Shown here: piece by piece, positions 37,713 through 47,648 of the stretch
How positions within the stretch are numbered: position 1 is the first letter of the stretch
Layout of the letters: each line of letters starts with the position of its first letter
DNA from: a candidate division WOR-3 bacterium
GTDB taxonomy: Bacteria > Hydrothermota > Tepidihabitantia > SM23-42 > JAOAFX01
Direction of reading: 5' to 3'
Assembly: GCA_037444665.1 (NCBI GenBank)
Contig: JBBILZ010000001.1
Location: 1 to 64,000, forward strand
DNA: 64,000 bases
Position numbers and translations under genes: made by a program
Notes under the pieces: generated by a model
Database searches by the model: none
What the model was told of the DNA's origin: nothing
The model's input: the letters and a program-made list of their open reading frames with translations, nothing else

Positions 37713-39482
37713 ATGGGCAGGATAAAAGAAAAGATTGAACAGGCACCAGTAATGCCCGGTGTCTACATTTTCAAAAATTCAAAAAATAAACCAATTTATA
37801 TTGGCAAGGCAGGCAATTTAAGGAACCGACTCATTTCCTACCTTAATAATCCTGACCCACGTATAAAATCAATTATCAAATATGCTTGCGATATTGATAC
37901 AATCATCACGAATTCTGATACTGAGGCATTGACCCTTGAAGAATCACTGATCAAACTACACAGACCAAAATACAATATTCGTTTGAAAGATGATAAAAAA
38001 TTTCCCTATTTGAAGATAACAATTCAAGAAGAATTTCCAAGAATCTTTTTTACAAGAAATTTAAAAGCAGATGGCTCAATTATTTTTGGACCCTATACCA
38101 GCGCAAAAGCATTGCGCCAGACCCGGGATGCACTTTGCAAGATATTCAAACTTGCTTCCTGCAGTAAAGATTTTTCCCGCACCCTTATCCGACCCTGTCT
38201 TGCTTATTCAATTGGTAGATGCAGTGCACCCTGTGTCCGTAATATTAGCCAGGAAGATTACCGACATCTTGTGCAAAAGGCAATAAGGTTTTTAAAGGGT
38301 GAGTCTGATGAGTTGACCAGAGAAGTTGAACGGTTAATGTGGGAACAGGCGAAAAAAGAAAATTTTGAAGGAGCAAAGATTTTAAGGGATGAACTCTTTG
38401 CCCTACGGAAAATCTCTCAGCGTCAGCAAATCGTTATCAGGGATAATATCAATCGCGATATAATTGGGATAGCCCGTAGCGGTTTCATTTGTATTGCCTG
38501 TCTTTTCAGGATTAGAGAGAACCGTTTACACTCAAAAGAAATTTATCATCTTAAAATAACACCCTCTGATACTGATGAAAATATTATTGCTTCATTTATC
38601 CGTTTAGTCTATACCCACATCTCATTTCTACCTGATGAGATTGTCGTCTCCAAATTGCCCAGTGATTGGGATATTCAAAAAAAATGGTTCAAAGAAAAGG
38701 GTTTTGATGTAAAGATAAGGGTTCCCGCTACTGAAGAGGTTAAGAATCTCTTTAACTGGGCAGTCAAGAATGCAGAGACCGAACTCGCAGGGCTGGTCAT
38801 AAAAAAGAAAACTCCTACTCCTATCCTTGAATTACAGAATATCTTGAAACTTGAAAAACCGCCCAGATGGATTGAGGCATTTGATATTTCAAATCTGAAA
38901 GAAAAATTTGCAGTTGGTGCTTCTGTCTCATTCTATGATGGCAGACCCAATAAACAGAGATATCGTCGGTATAGAATAAAACGAGTCTCGGGCCAGAACG
39001 ATTTTGCAATGATAAAGGAAATTGTTGGCCGGCGCATTACTGATTTAAAAAAATCCGGTAAATTACCCGACCTTTTGTTGATTGATGGTGGTAAGGCACA
39101 GCAAAATGCAGCACTTGAATCAATAAAAGAGATTGATTTACCCATTGCGGTATTTGCCATTGCCAAACGAAGTGACCAGCTCTATTATCCTGATGGAAAG
39201 GTTGTGTCAATTCCAGCACTATCAAGGAGTGTAGTATTACTGAAAAGGATCAGGGATGAGGCACACCGTTTTGCCATTGGTTACCATAGAAAATTAAGGG
39301 AAAAGACTATCACCAGTTCCATTCTTGATAAGATTCCGGGCATCGGTACGAAAAGAAAGTTAACTCTGTTAAAATACTTTGGCAGTGTAGAAAATCTAAA
39401 AAAATCATCAGAAGATGAGATCGCCAGAGTGCCTGGTATTGGTAGAAAGACCGCGAAAATTATTTACGAAACATTGCATTAG
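37713..39482 (+). CDS. uvrC: Excinuclease ABC subunit C
   Basis: PGVY...YIGKA GIY-YIG, FDISN, DGGK.Q, RDEAHRFA, C-terminal HhH motifs. Confidence 0.97.
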   Translation: MGRIKEKIEQAPVMPGVYIFKNSKNKPIYIGKAGNLRNRLISYLNNPDPRIKSIIKYACDIDTIITNSDTEALTLEESLIKLHRPKYNIRLKDDKKFPYLKITIQEEFPRIFFTRNLKADGSIIFGPYTSAKALRQTRDALCKIFKLASCSKDFSRTLIRPCLAYSIGRCSAPCVRNISQEDYRHLVQKAIRFLKGESDELTREVERLMWEQAKKENFEGAKILRDELFALRKISQRQQIVIRDNINRDIIGIARSGFICIACLFRIRENRLHSKEIYHLKITPSDTDENIIASFIRLVYTHISFLPDEIVVSKLPSDWDIQKKWFKEKGFDVKIRVPATEEVKNLFNWAVKNAETELAGLVIKKKTPTPILELQNILKLEKPPRWIEAFDISNLKEKFAVGASVSFYDGRPNKQRYRRYRIKRVSGQNDFAMIKEIVGRRITDLKKSGKLPDLLLIDGGKAQQNAALESIKEIDLPIAVFAIAKRSDQLYYPDGKVVSIPALSRSVVLLKRIRDEAHRFAIGYHRKLREKTITSSILDKIPGIGTKRKLTLLKYFGSVENLKKSSEDEIARVPGIGRKTAKIIYETLH

Positions 39483-39500
39483 AAATAATTAGAAATTTCA

Positions 39501-40097
39501 TCAAAATCTACCGAATTTAAAGGTCAGATGGCACGCTCCATTGCTTAATGCTTTATCACTGATACCATCAAGGTCAGTGCCATAGATATAGCGATATGAA
39601 CCACCAAGGTCAATACGAAAACATCTTGTAACATTTAAGGTCAATTCAGCACCGGGTTCAAATACAAAAACAGCATCGTCATACCAGGGTTCAAAATAAT
39701 CCGTGCGGTAACATATATCACCTCCACCGATTAATGAACTGATGCCAAAGTGAATCATCCTGCGTGAGCCAAATATCCATTCTAAGATCAAACCTCCATA
39801 ACCAAAATCCATATAATAATCCCTTAATGGATAATCTGTATGCACCACGACCCTGTTCACAAGGCCATATCCACCACCACCAATGGCAAATGTATGATTC
39901 AAAACGATTGCTCCACGACCACCAAAAAAACAAGCAAAATCATTATTCAGTTCAGTAAATTTTATGACCGGACCACCAAATATGCCTTTCTCTACAGGAC
40001 CCTTAATTAGAACCTCGTCCTGTTTCTCTCTGGGCACAATCTCAACCGCACCAAACCCATAATAATTGAGCAATATAAATCCCAATATCAGATTCAT
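39501..40097 (-). CDS. Hypothetical outer-membrane beta-barrel protein
   Basis: Signal-like N-terminus, Gly/aromatic beta strands, terminal Phe. Confidence 0.7.
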   Translation of the reverse strand: MNLILGFILLNYYGFGAVEIVPREKQDEVLIKGPVEKGIFGGPVIKFTELNNDFACFFGGRGAIVLNHTFAIGGGGYGLVNRVVVHTDYPLRDYYMDFGYGGLILEWIFGSRRMIHFGISSLIGGGDICYRTDYFEPWYDDAVFVFEPGAELTLNVTRCFRIDLGGSYRYIYGTDLDGISDKALSNGACHLTFKFGRF

Positions 40098-40136
40098 TAT
40101 ACCTCCTTTTAAGGTTAAATCCTACCATAATAAAAG

Positions 40137-40151
40137 GCAAAATCTGTGCCA
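40137..40151 (-). promoter_or_regulatory. Sigma-54 promoter TGGCAC-N5-TTGC
   Basis: Reverse complement TGGCACagattTTGC, 40 nt upstream of the ATG at 40097. Confidence 0.8.
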
Positions 40152-40210
40152 GTCTTTTACTTGAAATTTCGTGCTAAAGTATGGTGCAGTTGTTCAAAAA
40201 TTGTAATATC

Positions 40211-40227
40211 TGCACAATTTTTGTGCA
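40211..40227. promoter_or_regulatory. Palindromic activator site TGCACAATTTTTGTGCA
   Basis: Identical 17-mer at 61250-61266; both copies lie upstream of sigma-54 promoters. Confidence 0.75.
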
Positions 40228-40264
40228 TCAAAATATTTGGTTGACAAAATATGTGGAAAAATTG

Positions 40265-41311
40265 TTAATTACTCTTTGGACTAAGGCGCTTGCGTATAAA
40301 TTCTGCCCTTTTTACATCCCGCTCCTGTTCCTCAAGAATTTCGCCATAGAATAATTGAATATTCCCTGGCCTCGTGATAAGCATTATCTCATTAACCGTC
40401 TCTATATCAATATCTTTTATCAATCCTAATCCTATACCCAACCTGACTGCAGAAAGAAGATTCAGAACCTCATCACTATTGATTAACCTTGCTGAACGGA
40501 GTATAGCAACACTGCGATATATCTTGTCCTCAAGTTCATTCTTTGCCCGACTCATTATCACATCCCTTGCCTTTTTTTCAACATCAATCAACATCCGTGC
40601 AAATTTATTTATCTTTTCAATCAATTCATCTTCTTTGAATCCAAGCGTATGTTGATTTGATATCTGAAACAGGTTGCCTTTTATTTCGCTTCCCTCACCA
40701 TATATCCCGCGGACCATCATACCAAGATTTAGGGTGCTCTTTAATATCTTGTCAATCTCATTGGTATACACGAGTCCGGGAAGATGGAATAATACTGACG
40801 CCCTCAAGCCAGTGCCAAGATTTGTTGGGCAGGAAGTGATAAAACCATAATTATCATTAAATGCATAACCCAATTCCATGCCCAGAATCTCTTCAACTTC
40901 GTATACCTCACTGGCAAGATTTGTCAGATTCAAACCACAGGATAGACCCTGAATCCTCAAATGGTCTTCTTCATTAACCATTATGGTAATATTCCCTTTT
41001 TCACTGATAAAAACTGCGGTTGGCTGTTCCTTTTTAATAATTGCTGGTGAAATGAGGTGTGATTCAAAAAGGGATTCTCGTTCCAGACCTTTGATATTCT
41101 TTATCAATAGATACTTTCCTTTTAAATTCATCTCTATTGCTGAACCAACAATCTGAACAAGTTTCTCTGCATCTGCTTGTTTCAATTTGATTTCAAAATG
41201 CATTCCTTCAATATTTCTTGCCACCCTGATGCGTGTGGAAACAACAATCTCATTCTCTTCACACTGCCTGCTCAGTTCAGGAGAAACCAACCACTTTATG
41301 TTATCAAACAT
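40265..41311 (-). CDS. mcsB: Protein arginine kinase McsB
   Basis: STRIRVARN, NEEDHLRIQ, TSCPTNLGTGLRAS, FQISNQ.TLG. Confidence 0.93.
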   Translation of the reverse strand: MFDNIKWLVSPELSRQCEENEIVVSTRIRVARNIEGMHFEIKLKQADAEKLVQIVGSAIEMNLKGKYLLIKNIKGLERESLFESHLISPAIIKKEQPTAVFISEKGNITIMVNEEDHLRIQGLSCGLNLTNLASEVYEVEEILGMELGYAFNDNYGFITSCPTNLGTGLRASVLFHLPGLVYTNEIDKILKSTLNLGMMVRGIYGEGSEIKGNLFQISNQHTLGFKEDELIEKINKFARMLIDVEKKARDVIMSRAKNELEDKIYRSVAILRSARLINSDEVLNLLSAVRLGIGLGLIKDIDIETVNEIMLITRPGNIQLFYGEILEEQERDVKRAEFIRKRLSPKSN

Positions 41312-41777
41312 TTTCCACACCCAGTGTTTTCAATTTATCCCTTATCTGTGCTGCGTCTTCGTAGGCTTCTTTCTCAAGGGCACGGCGCAATTCTTCACGT
41401 AGTCTAAAGATTTCAATTGCCCGGCGACCACCAGTCTTTGCCCTTTTACCAATATGTTTCTCACTCTCCTGCACTTCCTTTATCAATGCCTTGATATACG
41501 GCTCAAAAACTGAGAGGCAATTACTGCATCCAAACCTACCTATTTTCTTGAATTCAGCAAGACTTAAACAACAGACCGAACAGATCACCCTGTCATCATC
41601 ATGGCTTATTTTCTCTGATATCTTATGGAGCAGTTCAATGGGCGATGGTTTCTTATCATTCAATAAATTTCTTTTGCGCGCACACTCCTCACACAGATGG
41701 AGTATATTTTCTTGATCGCCGACGACATTCTTAAAAAAATGTTTCGCAGGCTTTTGCTTGCAATCATCACATAGCAT
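41304..41777 (-). CDS. mcsA: McsA (CxxC + UVR domain)
   Basis: CDDC, CEEC, CSVC, GRFGCSNC; C-terminal E.YEDAAQIRD. Confidence 0.92.
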   Translation of the reverse strand: MLCDDCKQKPAKHFFKNVVGDQENILHLCEECARKRNLLNDKKPSPIELLHKISEKISHDDDRVICSVCCLSLAEFKKIGRFGCSNCLSVFEPYIKALIKEVQESEKHIGKRAKTGGRRAIEIFRLREELRRALEKEAYEDAAQIRDKLKTLGVENV

Positions 41778-42441
41778 ATAACCTTCCTTCTTTTAAATTA
41801 TAAACAACATCACCTAATTTGGCAATATCCATTGCATGGGTCACCAGAATAATTGTCCTTCCTTCATCTTTTAGATGGAGCAACATCTCCATTAGTTTAT
41901 TTTTATTCTCATAATCAAGATTACCGGTCGGCTCATCTGCAAGAATCAATAAAGGATTATTGATCAATGCACGGGCAATAGCAACCCTTTGCCTCTCACC
42001 CCCGGACAATTCATCAGGAAATCTATTTTTTTTATCACTGATACCCAGTCGCTCCAGAATTCCCAATGCCTGCTCATTCATTTCCTTAACCTTTGCACCA
42101 TTTAAAATTGCGGGAACTATTACATTCTCCAGCACAGTAAAATCAGGTAATAGATGGTGAAATTGAAAAACAAAACCAATATATTTATTTCTAATCCGGG
42201 AAAGAGCCCGGTCATCATTGGCAAACAGGTCAACCTCATTGAACCAGACCCTTCCTTTTGTGGGTTGGTCAAGGCTACCCAGAATATTCAACAGTGTTGA
42301 TTTACCGCTGCCTGATGGTCCAAATATTACGACAAATTGGCCTTTTACTACTTTCAAATCAATACCCCTCAGAACATTTATTGTTTCGTTCTTTAAATAA
42401 TATGTTTTTTCAATATGTTCTGCAATCAGTAATTCACTCAT
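41767..42441 (-). CDS. lolD: Lipoprotein-releasing ABC transporter ATPase
   Basis: [36 protein letters not shown]. Confidence 0.9.
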   Translation of the reverse strand: MSELLIAEHIEKTYYLKNETINVLRGIDLKVVKGQFVVIFGPSGSGKSTLLNILGSLDQPTKGRVWFNEVDLFANDDRALSRIRNKYIGFVFQFHHLLPDFTVLENVIVPAILNGAKVKEMNEQALGILERLGISDKKNRFPDELSGGERQRVAIARALINNPLLILADEPTGNLDYENKNKLMEMLLHLKDEGRTIILVTHAMDIAKLGDVVYNLKEGRLYAM

Positions 42442-43633
42442 TGCGTAATGCCTCAACCGTTACTAACCGCGCCGCACGAAATGCGGGATAGATTGTAGCA
42501 AAGAAACTTGTCACTATTGCTGCAATCGCTACTGCAATAAAATCATTGAGCGACATCTCTACAGGCAGGGTCTGAATAAAATAGACATCACCTGGCAGAT
42601 TTACAAATTGATATTTATTTAATAGTATGCATGCGATAAGAGAAAAAGCAATACCCAGTAATGTTCCGATAATACCCATTATGCTCCCCACAAAAATAAA
42701 TATCCTCATTATCTGATTTGTAGTAAAACCATAAGAACGTAGAATACCAATCTCTTTTGTCTTCTTCTTTACGATATTAACAAGGGTTCCAATGATATTA
42801 AATCCTGCGACAATGATGATTAAAGTCAGAACAATAAATGTCACGATCTTTTCCAATTTTAATGCCGCAAATACTGAATGATTTGATTCTATCCAGTCCT
42901 GAACCCGAAATGGATAGCCAATCCTTTCTTCAATAAGTTTAGCATAATAAGGTGTTTTATACACATCATCAACCTTTAGTTCTATTGCACTCACTGCATT
43001 ACCAATTTCAAAAAGTGCCTGCACATCCTTGATATTCATATAAACAATCGTTGCGTTGTAATCATAGACACCCAGGTCAAAGATTCCTTTAAGCACAAGC
43101 CTCTTTGCGCGGGGCAGGAGCCCAATCTGTTCAGTAAATGGAGATGTAACAATAAGTGTATCACCAACACCAGTCTTTAGATTGCGTGCCAGTTCAATGC
43201 CAATCACACAACCATCTTCAAGGTCAAAAACACCATCAATCATATGTTCATTAACTTCCGTAATCTTTTTTTCAAGTTCTACATCAACACCCCTTATCAC
43301 CACACCATCAGCATTCTTTTTATTTCGGATCAAAGATTTGGTTATGATAAATGGCGCCTTCGCCTTAATGAATGGCAGCCCCTCAAGTTTATCCATAACC
43401 TGTTGATAGTTTTCCAGTGGTTCATTGAAAAAGCGACGCACAATTATATGGGGTGTTCCACCAAGAATTCTCCGCCGTAACTCATTCTGGAAACCATTCA
43501 TTATTGATAGGGTGATGAGCAATGCGCTCACTCCGACAAAGATACCACCAATAGCAATGGCAGCAGATAGCGAGAAAAATCTCCGGTGCCGTGAACGGAG
43601 ATACCTTCTGGCAATAAAAAGTTCAACGAACAT
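42434..43633 (-). CDS. lolE: Lipoprotein-releasing ABC permease LolC/E
   Basis: FIARRYL, SIMNGF, EIGILRS, VYFI..LP, YPA.RAA. Confidence 0.88.
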   Translation of the reverse strand: MFVELFIARRYLRSRHRRFFSLSAAIAIGGIFVGVSALLITLSIMNGFQNELRRRILGGTPHIIVRRFFNEPLENYQQVMDKLEGLPFIKAKAPFIITKSLIRNKKNADGVVIRGVDVELEKKITEVNEHMIDGVFDLEDGCVIGIELARNLKTGVGDTLIVTSPFTEQIGLLPRAKRLVLKGIFDLGVYDYNATIVYMNIKDVQALFEIGNAVSAIELKVDDVYKTPYYAKLIEERIGYPFRVQDWIESNHSVFAALKLEKIVTFIVLTLIIIVAGFNIIGTLVNIVKKKTKEIGILRSYGFTTNQIMRIFIFVGSIMGIIGTLLGIAFSLIACILLNKYQFVNLPGDVYFIQTLPVEMSLNDFIAVAIAAIVTSFFATIYPAFRAARLVTVEALRNE

Positions 43634-45056
43634 CTTCCTTCCTCATCTGGGGAAAGAGAATCACATCACGAATTGATGGTTGGTTAAGAAGTATCATACA
43701 TAAGCGGTCAACACCGATTCCCAGACCACCTGTGGGCGGCATCCCATATTCTAATGCCTCAAGAAAATCTTCATCAATCTCACCAATTCCTTCTTCTTTC
43801 TGGGCAAGTTGCTGCTCAAATCTCCTGCGTTGTTCAATCGGGTCATTCAATTCAGAAAAGGCATTCGCAACTTCCAGACCAAAAATAATTAATTCAAACC
43901 TTTCAACCAGTAATGGATTGTCACGATGTTCTTTCGCCAGGGGCGAGATAACTTTTGGATAATCAATAACAAATGTCGGCTCAATTAAAGATTTCTGAAC
44001 AAGTTCACTAAAGAGTTTATCAATCTTATAGCCCATGGTTTGATTCTCGGTCTTTATCCCATACTTCTCGCATATACCATTCAATTCTTTTTCTGTTATC
44101 TTTATAATGTCCACACCCAAATTTTTATTGAGTGCCTCAGTATATTTTATTTTTTTAAATGGCACATTTATAGTAATATCTTTATCCTGAAATATAATTT
44201 TATTATCAGGATAGAGATTTTTAACCAGATATGAAATCAAATTTTCCACCAGTTCCATTATTCCCTGATAATCAGTATATGCCTGATATGCCTCAATCAT
44301 TGTAAATTCTGGATTATGGAAGCGGTCCAGCCCTTCATTACGAAAATCCTTGCAAAGTTCCCAGACCTTTTCATAACCACCAACAATCAATCTCTTTAAA
44401 TACAATTCATCAGCAATACGCAGATACATCTCCTGGTCAAGTGCATTATAAAAGGTCTTAAATGGTCTTGCTGCTGCACCTCCGTATATCGGCTGTAATA
44501 CCGGAGTTTCAACTTCAAGAAAACCCTGCCCATTAAAAAAATTGCGCAGATGGGAAATGAGCATTGAGCGCCTTTTAAATACCTCTCTTACCTCTTGATT
44601 AGCAATCAGGTCAAGATACCTCTTGCGATAACGAATTTCTATATCTTTCAGACCATGCCATTTCTCAGGCAGTGGCTTCAAGGATTTTGAAAGCAGAACA
44701 AATTTTTCTACAAGGATCGTGATCTCCCCGGTCTTGGTCTTGAACACCTTTCCCTGAACACCAATAAAATCACCAATATCAAAATTTTCAAAAAGTTTAA
44801 AATTCTCGCCGAGTTCTTGTTGCCGCAGATAAATCTGGAGTCTTTCGTTCTCGTCTTGCAATGTTGCAAATATGGTCTTGCCATGGCTCCTTATCGCTAT
44901 GATCCTACCGGCGGTGCTGACCTCGGTCTGGGCATTACTCAATTCTTCAAATTTTTCTTTTATCTGGACAAAGTTATGGCTCCGATCAAATCTATACGGA
45001 TAGGGATTAATCTGGAAATCCCGTAATCTTTTAAGTTTGTTTAGTCTCTCTTCCAT
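43623..45056 (-). CDS. lysS: Lysine-tRNA ligase, class II
   Basis: LPEKWHGL, EVETP, FRNEG...HNPEFT, YGMPPTGGLGIGVDRL. Confidence 0.98.
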   Translation of the reverse strand: MEERLNKLKRLRDFQINPYPYRFDRSHNFVQIKEKFEELSNAQTEVSTAGRIIAIRSHGKTIFATLQDENERLQIYLRQQELGENFKLFENFDIGDFIGVQGKVFKTKTGEITILVEKFVLLSKSLKPLPEKWHGLKDIEIRYRKRYLDLIANQEVREVFKRRSMLISHLRNFFNGQGFLEVETPVLQPIYGGAAARPFKTFYNALDQEMYLRIADELYLKRLIVGGYEKVWELCKDFRNEGLDRFHNPEFTMIEAYQAYTDYQGIMELVENLISYLVKNLYPDNKIIFQDKDITINVPFKKIKYTEALNKNLGVDIIKITEKELNGICEKYGIKTENQTMGYKIDKLFSELVQKSLIEPTFVIDYPKVISPLAKEHRDNPLLVERFELIIFGLEVANAFSELNDPIEQRRRFEQQLAQKEEGIGEIDEDFLEALEYGMPPTGGLGIGVDRLCMILLNQPSIRDVILFPQMRKEDVR

Positions 45057-45061
45057 AAAGA

Positions 45062-45089
45062 ATAATACACCAAACTATTGAAAAGTCAA
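45062..45089 (-). promoter_or_regulatory. Promoter TTGACT-N16-TATTAT, 5 nt before the lysS ATG (leaderless)
   Basis: Hexamers visible; no room for a Shine-Dalgarno sequence. Confidence 0.7.
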
Positions 45090-45103
45090 CTGCTGAAGTA
45101 AAA

Positions 45104-46408
45104 TTATGATTTTTTATAACAGAGCCTTGCCCAGTCAAATGCCTCAACAACATATTTGATAAATCTTCTCAACTCATTCTGATGTTTTCTGAATGCGGTA
45201 TTAAGGATATTCTCACACAATTTTTGTTCTATTTCAAAATCTACATATGCAGTTTTGTATATACACAATAGATTATCAAAGATTATTTCAAAATCACCCC
45301 TGCTGAATTTTCTTAACAACACTTTATTTTTAATAAATCTCGTGGTCCAATCATCTTCCGCGGGGGTTGTGGCAATTACCAGTAGAATATTTGTTTCTTT
45401 ATAGGCATAGGGCGTGGGACGAACACGATTATGTAGCAGACGGTCATCAATCTTTTTCATATCTTTGTCATTCAAGGCAATACGTACCAACCCTTCAAGA
45501 AATGCCATACCCCTTTGTTGGAAATGATACTCCCAGATATGGTTCAACTCCTCAAATTCATCAATGATAATTACCAGACCACTGAGTCCAATCTGTTTTG
45601 TCAGATAACTGATACCACTGAGAATATAATTATAAAAATCTGCAGCCGTAGAAAAATCATACAATGCCGGGATCTGCTGTCCACCCTTTATCCGATAAGG
45701 TGCTTCATGGTCTGTTGCATATTCTTTTGTAGATTCGCCTTCTATCCATTGATAAAAGACTTCACTATATTTATCATTATCATCTTGCATATCTTTAATT
45801 TTTTTGAGGACCGGGGTTAAAAAACAATGGTCAGGCATCGGTATTTCAACTGATTGCCTCAATAAGTCACGGAATCCATATTCACAATTATCTTTGATAA
45901 ATCTTAAACTATACACAAGTTCGTGATATATTTTTTTCGGCCGATACGGTGGGGTTTCCTGAATATGGAGCACACAATAGGTTGTAGCCACACCCTGTCT
46001 TAATGATAGATGCCGGAGGTATTCAGCAAGATGGGTCTTTCCTGAGCCATATTCACCCTCAATTAAAAAGACACCACCGCTCCCCTTTTTTAAATTATCC
46101 AGTGATTTCTGAAACAGGTCTATTTCATATGCCCGACCAAAGGTAAAGTGTTCAATACCCTGATATGGAACAACGCCCATTCTGAGCGCCTCAATTATCC
46201 TTCGGGACGAAATTCTGTCTAATTCTATTTCTTCAACATTCAGTTTTTTTAGCCATTTTGTCGGAAGCCAGAGGACCAATCCACTACGGAATTGGACGCG
46301 GGACTCAATATCGTTCCATCTTGTTTCAAGGACCACGCCTTCACCAAAAATATTATGGACAACTATGTTAAAATTCTTCTTGTTCAACTTCTTCTTTTTC
46401 TTTATCAA
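45104..46408 (-). CDS. BrxD/DUF2791-like P-loop ATPase with N-terminal Tudor/SH3-like domain
   Basis: IIEALRMGVVP, Walker A GEYGSGKTH, Walker B VIIIDEFE; N-terminal VVHNIFGEGVV. Start is TTG at 46387 or 46408. Confidence 0.8.
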   Translation of the reverse strand: MIKKKKKLNKKNFNIVVHNIFGEGVVLETRWNDIESRVQFRSGLVLWLPTKWLKKLNVEEIELDRISSRRIIEALRMGVVPYQGIEHFTFGRAYEIDLFQKSLDNLKKGSGGVFLIEGEYGSGKTHLAEYLRHLSLRQGVATTYCVLHIQETPPYRPKKIYHELVYSLRFIKDNCEYGFRDLLRQSVEIPMPDHCFLTPVLKKIKDMQDDNDKYSEVFYQWIEGESTKEYATDHEAPYRIKGGQQIPALYDFSTAADFYNYILSGISYLTKQIGLSGLVIIIDEFEELNHIWEYHFQQRGMAFLEGLVRIALNDKDMKKIDDRLLHNRVRPTPYAYKETNILLVIATTPAEDDWTTRFIKNKVLLRKFSRGDFEIIFDNLLCIYKTAYVDFEIEQKLCENILNTAFRKHQNELRRFIKYVVEAFDWARLCYKKS

Positions 46409-47624
46409 GGAGCTCTGCTACACGCGCCTTGAATATTGTCATTGCTGTATTTTTGTCAATCGGTTGATTGTTCTCTCTTATCCTCTGAAATGCCTCAATT
46501 ATTCCCACAACAAAAGTGCGGCGATAAAATATATCAAGTATCTGTTTTTCAAGAACCGCTGCAATCATATTTTTTAGGGAGATTGAAAGGGTATTTGAAT
46601 CAAATTCAAAATTATATGCAGATTCAAATACTTTTGCCAGCCTCTCCCCTAATTTTTGTAAAAATTCTTCTGGATTCATCTCTATCTTTTCCAGGTCAAT
46701 TTTAACTCCGGTAGGATTTATCTTTGTAAAACTTGAGCGCAACCTCTGTTTCAATGCCTCATATACTCCACCTGTCCCTTCAAGCAAAAGATGTTCATCA
46801 GGGACCGCATAAAAGAATATAGCACCGGGCAATCGGGAATTTCCACACTCGTCAATAATCTGGCGGAGATTGTCCAGGGCACGGCGTTTATCCTTTGTTG
46901 AAGAGATGCTCATACCCCTCTCTGCCTCATCAAATAAGAAAATAATACCATTATAACCGATTATATTCACAAATTGGATAAAACTCCTTAGCATCCTGAA
47001 GGCAGTAGAGCGGTCTATCCTTTCTGCAATACGATGTTGCAGTTTCAATTCTCTTACTATATCCTCACCCTTTAACCACTGGACTAAAGAATAAAATCTT
47101 TCCTCATCATCAGCCGCAAGGCTCTTGAGTGCTTCTTTAATACAATTTGTATAACTTGTGCTTTCAAGATTTTTTATGAGTGAAGCAAAATCTCTATCAT
47201 CGCGAACACGATAATACCATTTACGAAGCAAAGCCTCTATACCTAATTCCCAGGGGCTCAGCATCTCCTGTTCTGTCAAAGGTGTGCTGATATTTGAAAC
47301 AATCTTTTTATAGACCAATTCCAGCCTATCAAATGGACATTCTGTAGCGCTCAATGATACATAACTTGTAATATAATTGTATTTCCAGGCAAGGTTTCTG
47401 ATTGAATATAAAAAATGTGTCTTACCTCCACCATAATTGCCCGTAATCAATTTAAATGTAGAGATGCTCTGCCTGCCCGGAAAATTAAAATAGTCATTTT
47501 CTAACACATTCAAATAAGGTTCAAGCCCGACTGTAAAATATTCAATGCCAAATTCAGGTGGCGTTCCAAAACCACCGAGTTTATCTATTATTCTTCTTGC
47601 AATCACTTGATTTATCCTGCTCAT
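46368..47624 (-). CDS. BrxD/DUF2791-like P-loop ATPase
   Basis: GTPP, Walker A GNYGGGKTH, ECPFDRLELVY, WLKGE, Walker B IFLFDEAE, DNLRQIID, YEALKQRL. Confidence 0.82.
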   Translation of the reverse strand: MSRINQVIARRIIDKLGGFGTPPEFGIEYFTVGLEPYLNVLENDYFNFPGRQSISTFKLITGNYGGGKTHFLYSIRNLAWKYNYITSYVSLSATECPFDRLELVYKKIVSNISTPLTEQEMLSPWELGIEALLRKWYYRVRDDRDFASLIKNLESTSYTNCIKEALKSLAADDEERFYSLVQWLKGEDIVRELKLQHRIAERIDRSTAFRMLRSFIQFVNIIGYNGIIFLFDEAERGMSISSTKDKRRALDNLRQIIDECGNSRLPGAIFFYAVPDEHLLLEGTGGVYEALKQRLRSSFTKINPTGVKIDLEKIEMNPEEFLQKLGERLAKVFESAYNFEFDSNTLSISLKNMIAAVLEKQILDIFYRRTFVVGIIEAFQRIRENNQPIDKNTAMTIFKARVAELLDKEKEEVEQEEF

Positions 47625-47648
47625 ATCCTCTCAACTCCTTACTACTTA

